This document shows, piece by piece, positions 22,116 through 30,588 of a stretch of DNA of 64,000 bases. A program made the translations under genes and the position numbers. Each line of letters opens with the position of its first letter. The stretch's first letter is position 1. A model generated the notes under the pieces. It was not told where the DNA came from. It saw only the letters and a program-made list of their open reading frames with translations, and ran no database searches. Source of the stretch: Akkermansia muciniphila. Its GTDB lineage: Bacteria > Verrucomicrobiota > Verrucomicrobiia > Verrucomicrobiales > Akkermansiaceae. Location: contig CANQLV010000012.1 in assembly GCA_947624785.1 (NCBI GenBank), forward strand, positions 992 through 64,991, in the 5' to 3' direction.

Positions 22116-22661
22116 ATGACATTTGCGGTCCACAAAACTCTCTCCGTGGCCGGTGCCCTTTTGGCCGGTCTTCTTCTCTCCTCCTGCTCTTCCACCTCCC
22201 AACAAGTAGAAGCCCCGGCACGGCTTCCGGCCTACCACTTTGTTCCCGGCAAGACAGCCGTGCTGCACAACGGGAAAGCCATTCCCCCCAGGAATGCCCC
22301 CCCGCAGGTCAAGCGCGCCATTGCGGCCGCCAATTCCCTGGTCAACAAGCCCTACCGCCTGGGCGGCGGCCACAGGAAGCACTATGATTCCCACTATGAC
22401 TGCTCCGGCAGCACCTCCTTTGTGCTGAAGGAAGCCGGCCTGCTCACTTCCACCCGCCATTCCAAGCTGTTCCTGAACTACGGGCAGAAAGGCGCCGGGG
22501 ACTGGATATCCGTCTATGCCAAGAACGGGCACGTATTCATGGTCATCTGCGGCCTCCGGTTTGACACCACCGGAAGCGGCCGCCGCGGCGAAGGCCCCCG
22601 CTGGAGGGTGGATGGCCGCAATGCCCGGAACTTCCTGGTGCGCCACCCCACGGGTCTCTGA
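22116..22661 (+). CDS. NlpC/P60-like lipoprotein (putative peptidoglycan endopeptidase)
   Basis: Lipobox LLSSC; PY.LGGGH...YDCSGSTSFVL...GHVFM gives the Cys-His dyad. Confidence 0.8.
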   Translation: MTFAVHKTLSVAGALLAGLLLSSCSSTSQQVEAPARLPAYHFVPGKTAVLHNGKAIPPRNAPPQVKRAIAAANSLVNKPYRLGGGHRKHYDSHYDCSGSTSFVLKEAGLLTSTRHSKLFLNYGQKGAGDWISVYAKNGHVFMVICGLRFDTTGSGRRGEGPRWRVDGRNARNFLVRHPTGL

Positions 22662-22776
22662 TCCGGGCCTGCGCGACGGAAAATCGCGTTTTTTGCGTAT
22701 GTTCGCGCAGGCTTTCTTGAACAATGGAAAGTAATGTGCTATCAGGTGCGAGGACGTTGATAGTTCCTTGACTTTC

Positions 22777-23988
22777 ATGGCTAAGACAAAAATTCACGTA
22801 GGGCTTGAGATAGGGACAAGCAAGACTTGCATGGTCGTGGGCGAAGTGAAGCCCGACGCAACCGTGACGATCATCGGCGTGGGTGAGGTTCCTAGCGAGG
22901 GCGTGGTCCGCGGCGAGATTGAAGACACCTCCAAGGTCATCCAGTGCATTTACGATGCGTGGAACATGGCCCAGGACCATGCGGACGTGGACATCATGAC
23001 CGTCTATCTGTCCGTGACCGGAGCCCACATCGTGGGGCAGAACAACCGCGGAACCTTCCGCCTGCCTCCGGATGAAAGCATCATTTCCCAGGAGCACATG
23101 GACGAGGTGACGGAAATCGCCCGTGACGTCGCCTTGGGGCCGGAACAATTCGTCCTGCACCGCGTGCCCGGCCTCTTCTCCGTGGACGGGCAGGAAAACC
23201 TGACCAATCCCGCCGGGCTGACCGGCAGGACCCTGGACATCGACTGCCATATTATCCACGGCATCAAATCCCGCATCACCAACTCCTTCCGCTGCGTGCG
23301 GGAAGTTCCCCTGGACATCGCGGACGTGGTCTTTGCCCCCATTGCCACGGCCCAGTTCGTGCTCAACAGGCAGGTCAAGCAGGCGGGAGCCCTCCTCATT
23401 GACATGGGGGCGGGCACCACGGACTATGTGCTTTACCTGGACGGCCAGCTCGTGGCTTCCGGATGCGTGCCCCTGGGCGGCGACCACATTTCCAATGACA
23501 TCACGCTGATGACCGGCATTCCGCTGGCGCAGGCGGAACTGCTCAAGAAAACGGAGGGGGATGCCAACAGTTTTTCCGGAAAGACCAATGAAATGGTGCG
23601 CGTGCGCGGGGAAGGGAACATGAAGGACGCCGCCATTGAACGCAATGTGCTGAATGAAATCATCCGTTCCCGCCTGCTGGAAATCTTCAACCTGGTCAAA
23701 TCCTCCCTGCCCAAGGACACCTTCAAGGGCAACCGCTGCCACGGCGTCTACCTGTGCGGGGGCGCCAGCCTGATGCGCGGCGTGGGGGAACTGGCCTCCC
23801 ACGTGTTCGGCGTGGCGATCAGCCGTCCCACGCTGGTCAAAAACGGAGCTCCTTCCTATCTGGATGACCCGCGTTACTGCACGGCTATCGGGCTGATACG
23901 GTATGCCCAGATTCTGGATGCCGAGCTGCCGCAGCAGCGGAGCTGGCTGGGGCGCGTGCTGGGCCTCTTCGGCAGGAAGAACTCCTGA
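22777..23988 (+). CDS. ftsA: Cell division protein FtsA
   Basis: VGLEIGTSKT, S.GV.RGEI.D, IDMGAGTTD, PLGGDHISNDI, LCGGAS, P.YCTAIGL. Confidence 0.93.
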   Translation: MAKTKIHVGLEIGTSKTCMVVGEVKPDATVTIIGVGEVPSEGVVRGEIEDTSKVIQCIYDAWNMAQDHADVDIMTVYLSVTGAHIVGQNNRGTFRLPPDESIISQEHMDEVTEIARDVALGPEQFVLHRVPGLFSVDGQENLTNPAGLTGRTLDIDCHIIHGIKSRITNSFRCVREVPLDIADVVFAPIATAQFVLNRQVKQAGALLIDMGAGTTDYVLYLDGQLVASGCVPLGGDHISNDITLMTGIPLAQAELLKKTEGDANSFSGKTNEMVRVRGEGNMKDAAIERNVLNEIIRSRLLEIFNLVKSSLPKDTFKGNRCHGVYLCGGASLMRGVGELASHVFGVAISRPTLVKNGAPSYLDDPRYCTAIGLIRYAQILDAELPQQRSWLGRVLGLFGRKNS

Positions 23989-24013
23989 TCAATCTCTACC
24001 CCAATTAAAAACC

Positions 24014-25465
24014 ATGCTGGAATTTTCTCCCCAGGATCCGTCCGGGCTATCCGGAAAAATCTGCCTGTGCGGCATTGGAGCCGCAGGCGCCAAGGTGATG
24101 GAGGAAGTTCTGCTGCTGGCTCCGCAGGCGGCTTCCGTGTGCGCCATGAATCTGGACGCCCGTTTGCTGAACGCCTCCGCCGTTCCGTGCAAGGTCCATC
24201 TGGGGGCTAGGCTGACCCGCGGGCTCGGCTCCGGCGGGGACGCTTCCGTGGGAGCGCAGGCCGCCTGTGAAAGTGAATCCTCCATCCTCCGGGCCCTGGA
24301 AGGCAGTGCGCTGACCGTCCTCGCCGCCGGGCTGGGAGGCGGAACGGGCTCCGGCGTGGCGCCGGAGGTGGCGCGGCTGGCCAAGGAGCAGGGCTCCTAC
24401 GTAGTCAGCGTCGTCATCCGCCCCTTCCGGTTTGAAGGGGACCGCCGCGCCGCCCAGGCGGACGAGGCGCTGTCCCGGCTGGCCCTGTATTCCGACATGG
24501 TGCTGCGCTTTGACAATGATGCCATGGAGAGCCTGATTGACCCCGACAAGGGAGTATTGGAAGCCTTTTCCGTGGTCAATGCCCTCATTGCCCGCGCGGT
24601 GCTCATCGTGCCCTCCCTTCTCAACTCTTCCGGAAGCCTGCTCCGCGTGGGGCTGGATGACCTGCTCCGCGTGGCCGGAACGGGGAAGGGAATTTGCTCC
24701 TTCGGCGTGGGGGAGGCGTCTGCGGACATTTCCACGGCGGACATGCTGGACCAGGTCCGGCATTCTCCCCTTTTCCTGGAAAAACGACTGGGGGAAGTGG
24801 ACGACGTTCTGGTGCTGGTGCGCGGCGGCAGTTCCCTGACCCTGCATCGCCTGGAAGCGCTGGTAGGCGGCGTGGCGGAAATGCTGGGGAGCGGCGTGCG
24901 CCTCCATATCGGCGCTTCCGTGGCGGAACAGCCGGAAAACCGCCTGTCCCTGACCGTGCTGGGCGTTGTGCCCGTGGATGAACCGGAAATTTCTCCTGCT
25001 CCCGTTTTCCGTAAGGAACCGGAGCTCCGGACAATTCTTGGGCCGGAGGAAGAAACCTTCATCGGGGAAGGGAAAACCATCATTCAGCCTGTGGCTCCAG
25101 TTGTGGTTCACGAACCGGAACGGCCTCCGGAGCCCGAACCTCCCGTTTCCATTCCCTCCGTCCGAAGGGATGACCATGAACTGGAAGAGGAGCTGGTGCC
25201 CGTAAGGCCTGTTCCCTCCGTGCCGGACGTGGAGGAGACGTTCCTGGAACCCGCGCCTGCTGCGCAGGAACCCGGAGCGGATGCGGAACCGGAATTGGAC
25301 CCGGTTCCCGATATCAAGGAACTGGAAGAAGGGAATCCCCCGGAGGAAGGAGAGGAAGAGCGCGCGGGGCATGGACTCTTTGCCCGTGTGCGGCCCCTCA
25401 TTCTGGACGGGGAAGACCTGGATCTGCCCCCGGCTCTGCGGAAAAAGAAACCGGACCCGAGCTGA
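24014..25465 (+). CDS. ftsZ: FtsZ/tubulin-family GTPase with divergent T7 loop and long acidic Pro-rich linker
   Basis: Tubulin signature GLGGGTGSG, NLD, GARLTRGLGSGG, PFRFEG..R, C-terminal DLDLPPALRKK (FtsZ CCTP-like); directly after ftsA. Confidence 0.85.
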   Translation: MLEFSPQDPSGLSGKICLCGIGAAGAKVMEEVLLLAPQAASVCAMNLDARLLNASAVPCKVHLGARLTRGLGSGGDASVGAQAACESESSILRALEGSALTVLAAGLGGGTGSGVAPEVARLAKEQGSYVVSVVIRPFRFEGDRRAAQADEALSRLALYSDMVLRFDNDAMESLIDPDKGVLEAFSVVNALIARAVLIVPSLLNSSGSLLRVGLDDLLRVAGTGKGICSFGVGEASADISTADMLDQVRHSPLFLEKRLGEVDDVLVLVRGGSSLTLHRLEALVGGVAEMLGSGVRLHIGASVAEQPENRLSLTVLGVVPVDEPEISPAPVFRKEPELRTILGPEEETFIGEGKTIIQPVAPVVVHEPERPPEPEPPVSIPSVRRDDHELEEELVPVRPVPSVPDVEETFLEPAPAAQEPGADAEPELDPVPDIKELEEGNPPEEGEEERAGHGLFARVRPLILDGEDLDLPPALRKKKPDPS

Positions 25466-26841
25466 TGCCGTCTCCCCGTACGTCCAGGGTGTGGTTTTGG
25501 GCGCTGGTTGCGGCCGCCCTGCTGTATGTGGCGCTGCTTAGCTGGTGGAGCCCCTTCACCTCGGATACGTACCATCACGCCCTGACGGGCATGGAGCACC
25601 GTTTCTCCCTCAGCCTGGTATGGGAGCGCTGCGTGGCCTCTTACATGAACTGGAACCCCAGAATCGGGGAATACCTGGCCTTTGCCGTGGCGACAGCTGG
25701 CAAATGGCTCTTCATTCTGCTCAATCCCTTTGTACAGGTGGGCCTCGCGCTGATGATGTTCTATCTGGCCTCCGGGCGCAGGGTGGACCCCCGTTCCTGC
25801 CCGGACGTGCGGCTCTTCGGATTGGGGCTTCTCCTGCTGTTCACCTGTACGGCCCGGCCTGGCGTCACGATTTACTGGCTCTCCGGCGCCACCAACTACT
25901 CCTGGGGAGCTGCTGTGTGGCTGGGCTTCCTGTGCCTGTACCGGGGACTGCTGGAAAACGGGGAGAAAGGAAAGCCAGCAAAAAAGGGCTTCGGGCAGTG
26001 GGCTGCCGTACTGGTACTGGGATTTTTGGCAGGCATGACCAATGAAAACAACATTCCGGGAACCTGGCTTCTGCTGGGAGCCTTGTTTGTCTTCGTCCGC
26101 CTGGTCCGGAAAGAAAAACTTCCCCTGTGGTTTTATGCGGGCGTTGCGGCGCAGGTAGCGGGCTCCCTGTGCATGCTGCTCGCGCCCGGCGTCTCCGCGC
26201 GCATGCACTCCGCCACTCCCGGCTGCGCGGAGCCCCTCTCCGGCATTTGGGACAGATGGGAAGCGGTCCCCGCGCTCCTGCTCCGGATGCATGAATATCT
26301 GGCCCTTTCCCTGCTGCTGGGTGCGGTGGCTGCCTGGATGCTGTGGAGAAGCTTCCGCAGGAACCGGAATGCCTTCCGGCCATGGAAAATTTTCATCGGA
26401 ATAGCGGGAGCATACATTCTGACGGCGTATGCCATGGCCCTTTCCTTTGTCATCGCCGTCGTTCCGGCGGACCATGCCATGTTCTCCGCCACTTTGCTGT
26501 TCGGCATTGGCGTTTTGGCTCTTCTCCGTGTGTGGTACGGCATTCCCGCCGCGGAGCCCCGTCCGCGGATGACTGTGGCCGTTTTTCTGGCGCTGTCCGG
26601 AATATGCGTTCTTTCCACCCTTCACGATCACCTGCTTCTGTTCCGGCAGCATGAACAGCGCGTCCGCCTGATTCTGGAACAGAAAAAGGCCGGCGTTCGG
26701 GAAATTGTGGTTCCTCCCCTCGTTCCACCCTCCCCGTGGTGTTCCTTCATCTTCTGGGTAGACCTGTCGCAAAACCCGGAAGACTACGTCAACCGGGGCG
26801 CGGCTGTGTATTACGGGGTTCACAGCATTCATCTTCTATAG
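25465..26841 (+). CDS. DUF6056-like polytopic membrane protein (putative GT-C glycosyltransferase)
   Basis: SDTYHH, YMNWNPRIGE, YWLSGATNY, AGMTNEN, LLAPG..R motifs; TGATG overlap with the ftsZ stop. Confidence 0.7.
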   Translation: MPSPRTSRVWFWALVAAALLYVALLSWWSPFTSDTYHHALTGMEHRFSLSLVWERCVASYMNWNPRIGEYLAFAVATAGKWLFILLNPFVQVGLALMMFYLASGRRVDPRSCPDVRLFGLGLLLLFTCTARPGVTIYWLSGATNYSWGAAVWLGFLCLYRGLLENGEKGKPAKKGFGQWAAVLVLGFLAGMTNENNIPGTWLLLGALFVFVRLVRKEKLPLWFYAGVAAQVAGSLCMLLAPGVSARMHSATPGCAEPLSGIWDRWEAVPALLLRMHEYLALSLLLGAVAAWMLWRSFRRNRNAFRPWKIFIGIAGAYILTAYAMALSFVIAVVPADHAMFSATLLFGIGVLALLRVWYGIPAAEPRPRMTVAVFLALSGICVLSTLHDHLLLFRQHEQRVRLILEQKKAGVREIVVPPLVPPSPWCSFIFWVDLSQNPEDYVNRGAAVYYGVHSIHLL

Positions 26842-26997
26842 GTTCCTCACTTTCATATCACGTATTTTTTTGCCGTTGGTGGCAGAAATACGATGAAGGG
26901 AAGATATTTTTCTGCCTGTGGAATGTACTGACGTCTGACAGGTGATTTATTGTTGATTTTGGAGAAATATTTTATTATGCTGTAAGGAGAAGGCAAT

Positions 26998-27960
26998 GTG
27001 AAATTTTTATCAATACCCTATGATAAAAAAGGTGGCATTCTACACCGTTCACAACCAACAGTATCTGATGCCATGATCGGAATTTCCAATGATTTTTTGT
27101 CCAACGTGCTTCATTGCACCACCCTGATCTCTGCAAAGTCTTGTGAAGGTGCGGAATTCACGGCAACAGGATTTTTTTATACCAGTGCAACCAAAGGGTT
27201 ATTACTGGTTACAAACGCACACGTCTTGGAAGGTGTTGAGAAAATGAACATCACCCTGACGCCTAAGAATGAAATGGGGTTTCCTGATTTTGGATATAAG
27301 GAGGAGGTAGTTGTAGATTGCTCGGCAGAGAATATCTTCTTTCATCCTGACTGGAAAAAGGACAAGGGGCGTTCTGTTGATTTGGCCGCTGTAAGAATCA
27401 ATGAACCTCTGGGGTTGAAATTTTATATATCATCTACCAATAAAGATTTTATTCTCCAAGAGGCGGAAAAGGAATTCGTAGGATGCATTGAAGATGTATT
27501 AATGTTGGGATACCCCAGAGGCCTCATTGACGTGGAAAATAATCTTCCGATAGTCCGAAGGGGAATTACCGCAACATCAATCCATGTGGATTATTGCGGA
27601 GTGCCCTCATTTCTTATTGATGCAGCATGTTTTCCGGGGTCCAGCGGATCACCTGTGTTCATCATTGTTCCTCCTTTGCGCGTAGATGCCACCAGAATGA
27701 GTATCAATACTCAGGGGACAGTCAAACTTGTGGGTGTTCTTTCGCAGTGGATTCCGGATATTAGTGAGTATCGTGGGAATGTTTATATTCTTCCTGATCC
27801 TCCCCCCGTTCCTGTAGCCGGGGGACACGATGCGAGAAGCGAGATGTGTGTTAGAATGGGGATCCCTCTTAATTTGGGGAAAGCCGTTAAAGCTAAGGAA
27901 ATCATAGAACTTGAAAAGCAAGCGGCTCATGATGGAAGAAAAGTCTCCTGGTCTCTCTGA
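26998..27960 (+). CDS. Trypsin-like (Trypsin_2) serine protease, no signal peptide
   Basis: ATGFF, triad TNAHV (His), DLAAV (Asp), DAACFPGSSGSPVF (Ser). AGGAG lies upstream of GTG 26998; alternative start ATG 27073. AT-rich. Confidence 0.88.
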   Translation: MKFLSIPYDKKGGILHRSQPTVSDAMIGISNDFLSNVLHCTTLISAKSCEGAEFTATGFFYTSATKGLLLVTNAHVLEGVEKMNITLTPKNEMGFPDFGYKEEVVVDCSAENIFFHPDWKKDKGRSVDLAAVRINEPLGLKFYISSTNKDFILQEAEKEFVGCIEDVLMLGYPRGLIDVENNLPIVRRGITATSIHVDYCGVPSFLIDAACFPGSSGSPVFIIVPPLRVDATRMSINTQGTVKLVGVLSQWIPDISEYRGNVYILPDPPPVPVAGGHDARSEMCVRMGIPLNLGKAVKAKEIIELEKQAAHDGRKVSWSL

Positions 27961-28735
27961 GAGTCAGGAAAAGGAAAAGCTGGCGGTTCCTCTTTCGCGC
28001 AGGAAGAATATCCTGTACGAAGGAGCCGATGATTTAGACAAAAGCCAGGAGATTAAACTGGAAAAAATCGATCCTAAAAAGTTGTTGGAAAATGCTCAGC
28101 TTGTCCGGTTGTCTGACTCCAACAAGAAAAATTATGTTGTCATTAAATTTTCCTATGTTCTTTATGACGTTGCTGCCGGAAAAGTAGGATTATTCTCCAG
28201 AGAAGACGTCAACCACCATTTTGAAAAAGCCAAGCACTCTTTATTGCTTTCTTCGGGACTGGAACAATTTTATGGAGCCATTTATAGTGGAAAGAGGATT
28301 GTTTTAAATGCGTATCACCCTTTTACGCAAAAGATAGGAGCTTATGTGAACTGTTTCCGGTTGCCGTTCGTTTCCTATCGTGAATTCCCCTTTCCGGTAA
28401 GATTCAACGCATTGGCTTTCCGTAAAAAAGAGGGGAGGCATTACGCCTTTTATATTCATTATGCGGTATTGAAACCGAATTCCTTATTTCCCACACGCCC
28501 ATTTGAACTTCATTATCCCGGTTTTAGACCCGTCAAAGATAAATTCCTTGGATTTTATTCACTGGCTCAAGCCGAAAAAAAGTTAAAGGGAAGCACACTT
28601 GAGGCTGATAAATTTGCATTACGCCTTCTTTTAGGAAAAGAAGATCATTATACTGTTAGCTCGGATCATTTTTTTGGGAGAGGTTTTCATAAGGGCTCCA
28701 TTTCTTCCACGTCGGAGGGTGTTATTTCATTGTGA
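27929..28735 (+). CDS. Hypothetical protein, possible degenerate NUDIX-like fold
   Basis: Open AT-rich ORF overlapping the protease stop. SYVLYD..GKVGLFSR...KHSLLLSSG and R.HYAFYIHY loosely recall COG4112-type NUDIX proteins, but no Nudix box is present. The CDS is likely real; the fold call is weak. Confidence 0.6.
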   Translation: MMEEKSPGLSESQEKEKLAVPLSRRKNILYEGADDLDKSQEIKLEKIDPKKLLENAQLVRLSDSNKKNYVVIKFSYVLYDVAAGKVGLFSREDVNHHFEKAKHSLLLSSGLEQFYGAIYSGKRIVLNAYHPFTQKIGAYVNCFRLPFVSYREFPFPVRFNALAFRKKEGRHYAFYIHYAVLKPNSLFPTRPFELHYPGFRPVKDKFLGFYSLAQAEKKLKGSTLEADKFALRLLLGKEDHYTVSSDHFFGRGFHKGSISSTSEGVISL

Positions 28736-28758
28736 GAGGAATTATCCCTCTCTATGTT

Positions 28759-29742
28759 TTAATTCATCGGAATGGCGTAGGAGTGCAGTTTTTTGAATTC
28801 GCTGCCTTGCGGGCCTTGGTCCGTGATGCCGTTGTTGGGGGCGGCGTAGGTATCCAGGGTCATGGAGTCCGGGTAGATGTTCAGGATATAATAGGCCGTG
28901 ATGCCGGAGCGGTATTGCAGGGTTTTTACGCGGGATTTTGCGGGCAGAAGGAAAGGGAGGGGCAGCACCTTGTTGCCCGCGGGGGCGCAGATGAGGGAGG
29001 TGAGGGTATTTTTCCCGTCCGGGGAGGTGATCATGTACAGGTCGTGGGCATGCAGGTGCCCGGTGACGACGAACCGGACGCCGGCGTCCCGGAGGTTGCG
29101 GTAAAAGATGTTCTGCTGTTCCGCCGCGCTGTCGTTGTAGCGGCCCCACAGGCATTCGCGGAATTGCATGGGCGTTTGCAGGGTGCGGTGGGTGAAAATT
29201 AGGCAATGGCGCGGAACGGTGTTGGCCTTGCTTCTGTTGCGTTTGACCCACGCGCTGAAGTCCACGAGCTGGTCCGGGGTCAGATCAATGTCCATGAAGT
29301 ACAGGGAGGCGTTTTTATGGCGGATGCCGTAGTTCAGTTTTCTGGTGGCCAGCCCTTTGGCTCCCTGTTTCCGGGTGGGCAGGAAGAGTTCCCTGAATTG
29401 TTCCGCGCGGAAGGGCAGCGATTCATGGTTGCCGCGCACGGCGTAGAAGGGGATGCCTTTGTCTTCCAGCATCTTGTTGAGTTCCTTGCGTTTGGCGAGT
29501 CCGTTGACGGGGGCGCTTCCTTCAATGTCCGCCATGTCTCCCACCTGGATGACCATGTCCACTTGGTGTTTCAGAATTTCCCCATAGAGGGTTTTGATGA
29601 AGTTGACGGCTACTCCTTCGCTTCCTTCCATGCGCCTGGGGGAGTCATGCGTGTCGCCGATGATGGCGATTTTCCACGGGGCGGGTTCTTCCGCCTGCAC
29701 CGCTTGAAACAGAAAGATGAGAAATAGCGCAAGATATTTCAT
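28759..29742 (-). CDS. Secreted calcineurin-like metallophosphoesterase
   Basis: Signal peptide; GDTHD, VGD, GNHE, THR and GHLH metal-binding motifs. Confidence 0.88.
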   Translation of the reverse strand: MKYLALFLIFLFQAVQAEEPAPWKIAIIGDTHDSPRRMEGSEGVAVNFIKTLYGEILKHQVDMVIQVGDMADIEGSAPVNGLAKRKELNKMLEDKGIPFYAVRGNHESLPFRAEQFRELFLPTRKQGAKGLATRKLNYGIRHKNASLYFMDIDLTPDQLVDFSAWVKRNRSKANTVPRHCLIFTHRTLQTPMQFRECLWGRYNDSAAEQQNIFYRNLRDAGVRFVVTGHLHAHDLYMITSPDGKNTLTSLICAPAGNKVLPLPFLLPAKSRVKTLQYRSGITAYYILNIYPDSMTLDTYAAPNNGITDQGPQGSEFKKLHSYAIPMN

Positions 29743-30096
29743 GGCACCCCGTTTTTACCGCCCGCCTGCTTTCCCGACCAGAAAATTATGCATGCGCCGG
29801 AAAAACGCCGGACGGGTGCTTCCCTTTTTCCTTTTAAAGTTGATCGTTCGGAGTTGACCGGAAAGGCTCCACAGCAGTTGGAATCAGTGAGAGGGATAAC
29901 TCTTTTTTCCGGAAAAGCGGGTTCTGTAACGGAGTTTTATTGGCGGAGGCATGAGCCGTTGTGAAGACCGGCTTGCCGGTCCGCCGGAAGGTTGCCGTCT
30001 TTTTTCAGTGAAGGGGCGTTTTTCTATCCCGGTTGCCGCTGCCCGGAGGGGAGAGCCGCCGTCCCCTCGCAGGGAATGCTCTTCCGTTTTTTCCCA

Positions 30097-30429
30097 TCAG
30101 TGGGAAACGGAGTTGGAAAAGATATTGATTACCAGCACCCCGGCGATGATGAGCGCCAGACCTGAAATCGCCGGCAAGTCCAGGTGCTGCTTGAATGCCA
30201 CCCACCCGATGGCGGAGATCAGTACAATGCCCATTCCCGACCAGATGGCATACGCTATGCCCACCGGGATGTTTTTCAGTACCAGGCTGAGGCAGTAGAA
30301 GGAGCCGGCATATCCGGCAATGGTCACCACGGAGGGCAGAAGCTTGGTAAACTGCTCGCTCTGTTTCAGGAAAGAGGTGGCGATCGTTTCCAGAACAATC
30401 GCCAGCAGCAGGATAAGGTACGCTTTCAT
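30097..30429 (-). CDS. SMR family small multidrug/polyamine efflux transporter (EmrE/QacE-like)
   Basis: 110 aa, 4 TM, conserved Glu14, PVGIAYAIWSG. Confidence 0.93.
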   Translation of the reverse strand: MKAYLILLLAIVLETIATSFLKQSEQFTKLLPSVVTIAGYAGSFYCLSLVLKNIPVGIAYAIWSGMGIVLISAIGWVAFKQHLDLPAISGLALIIAGVLVINIFSNSVSH

Positions 30430-30588
30430 GGTTTCGCTTTTGTTGAAGTATTCCGCAGAGAGCCGCCGATGATGAAGGCCGTCACTTTCCCGTGCAGGGG
30501 AGGGGGCTTGGGAGAGAATAAAAGCCAGGCAATTGAGAATTCAATACCTGGCTTTTGATGAGGCGGCCGTTTCCGGCTGGAGCCTTTG

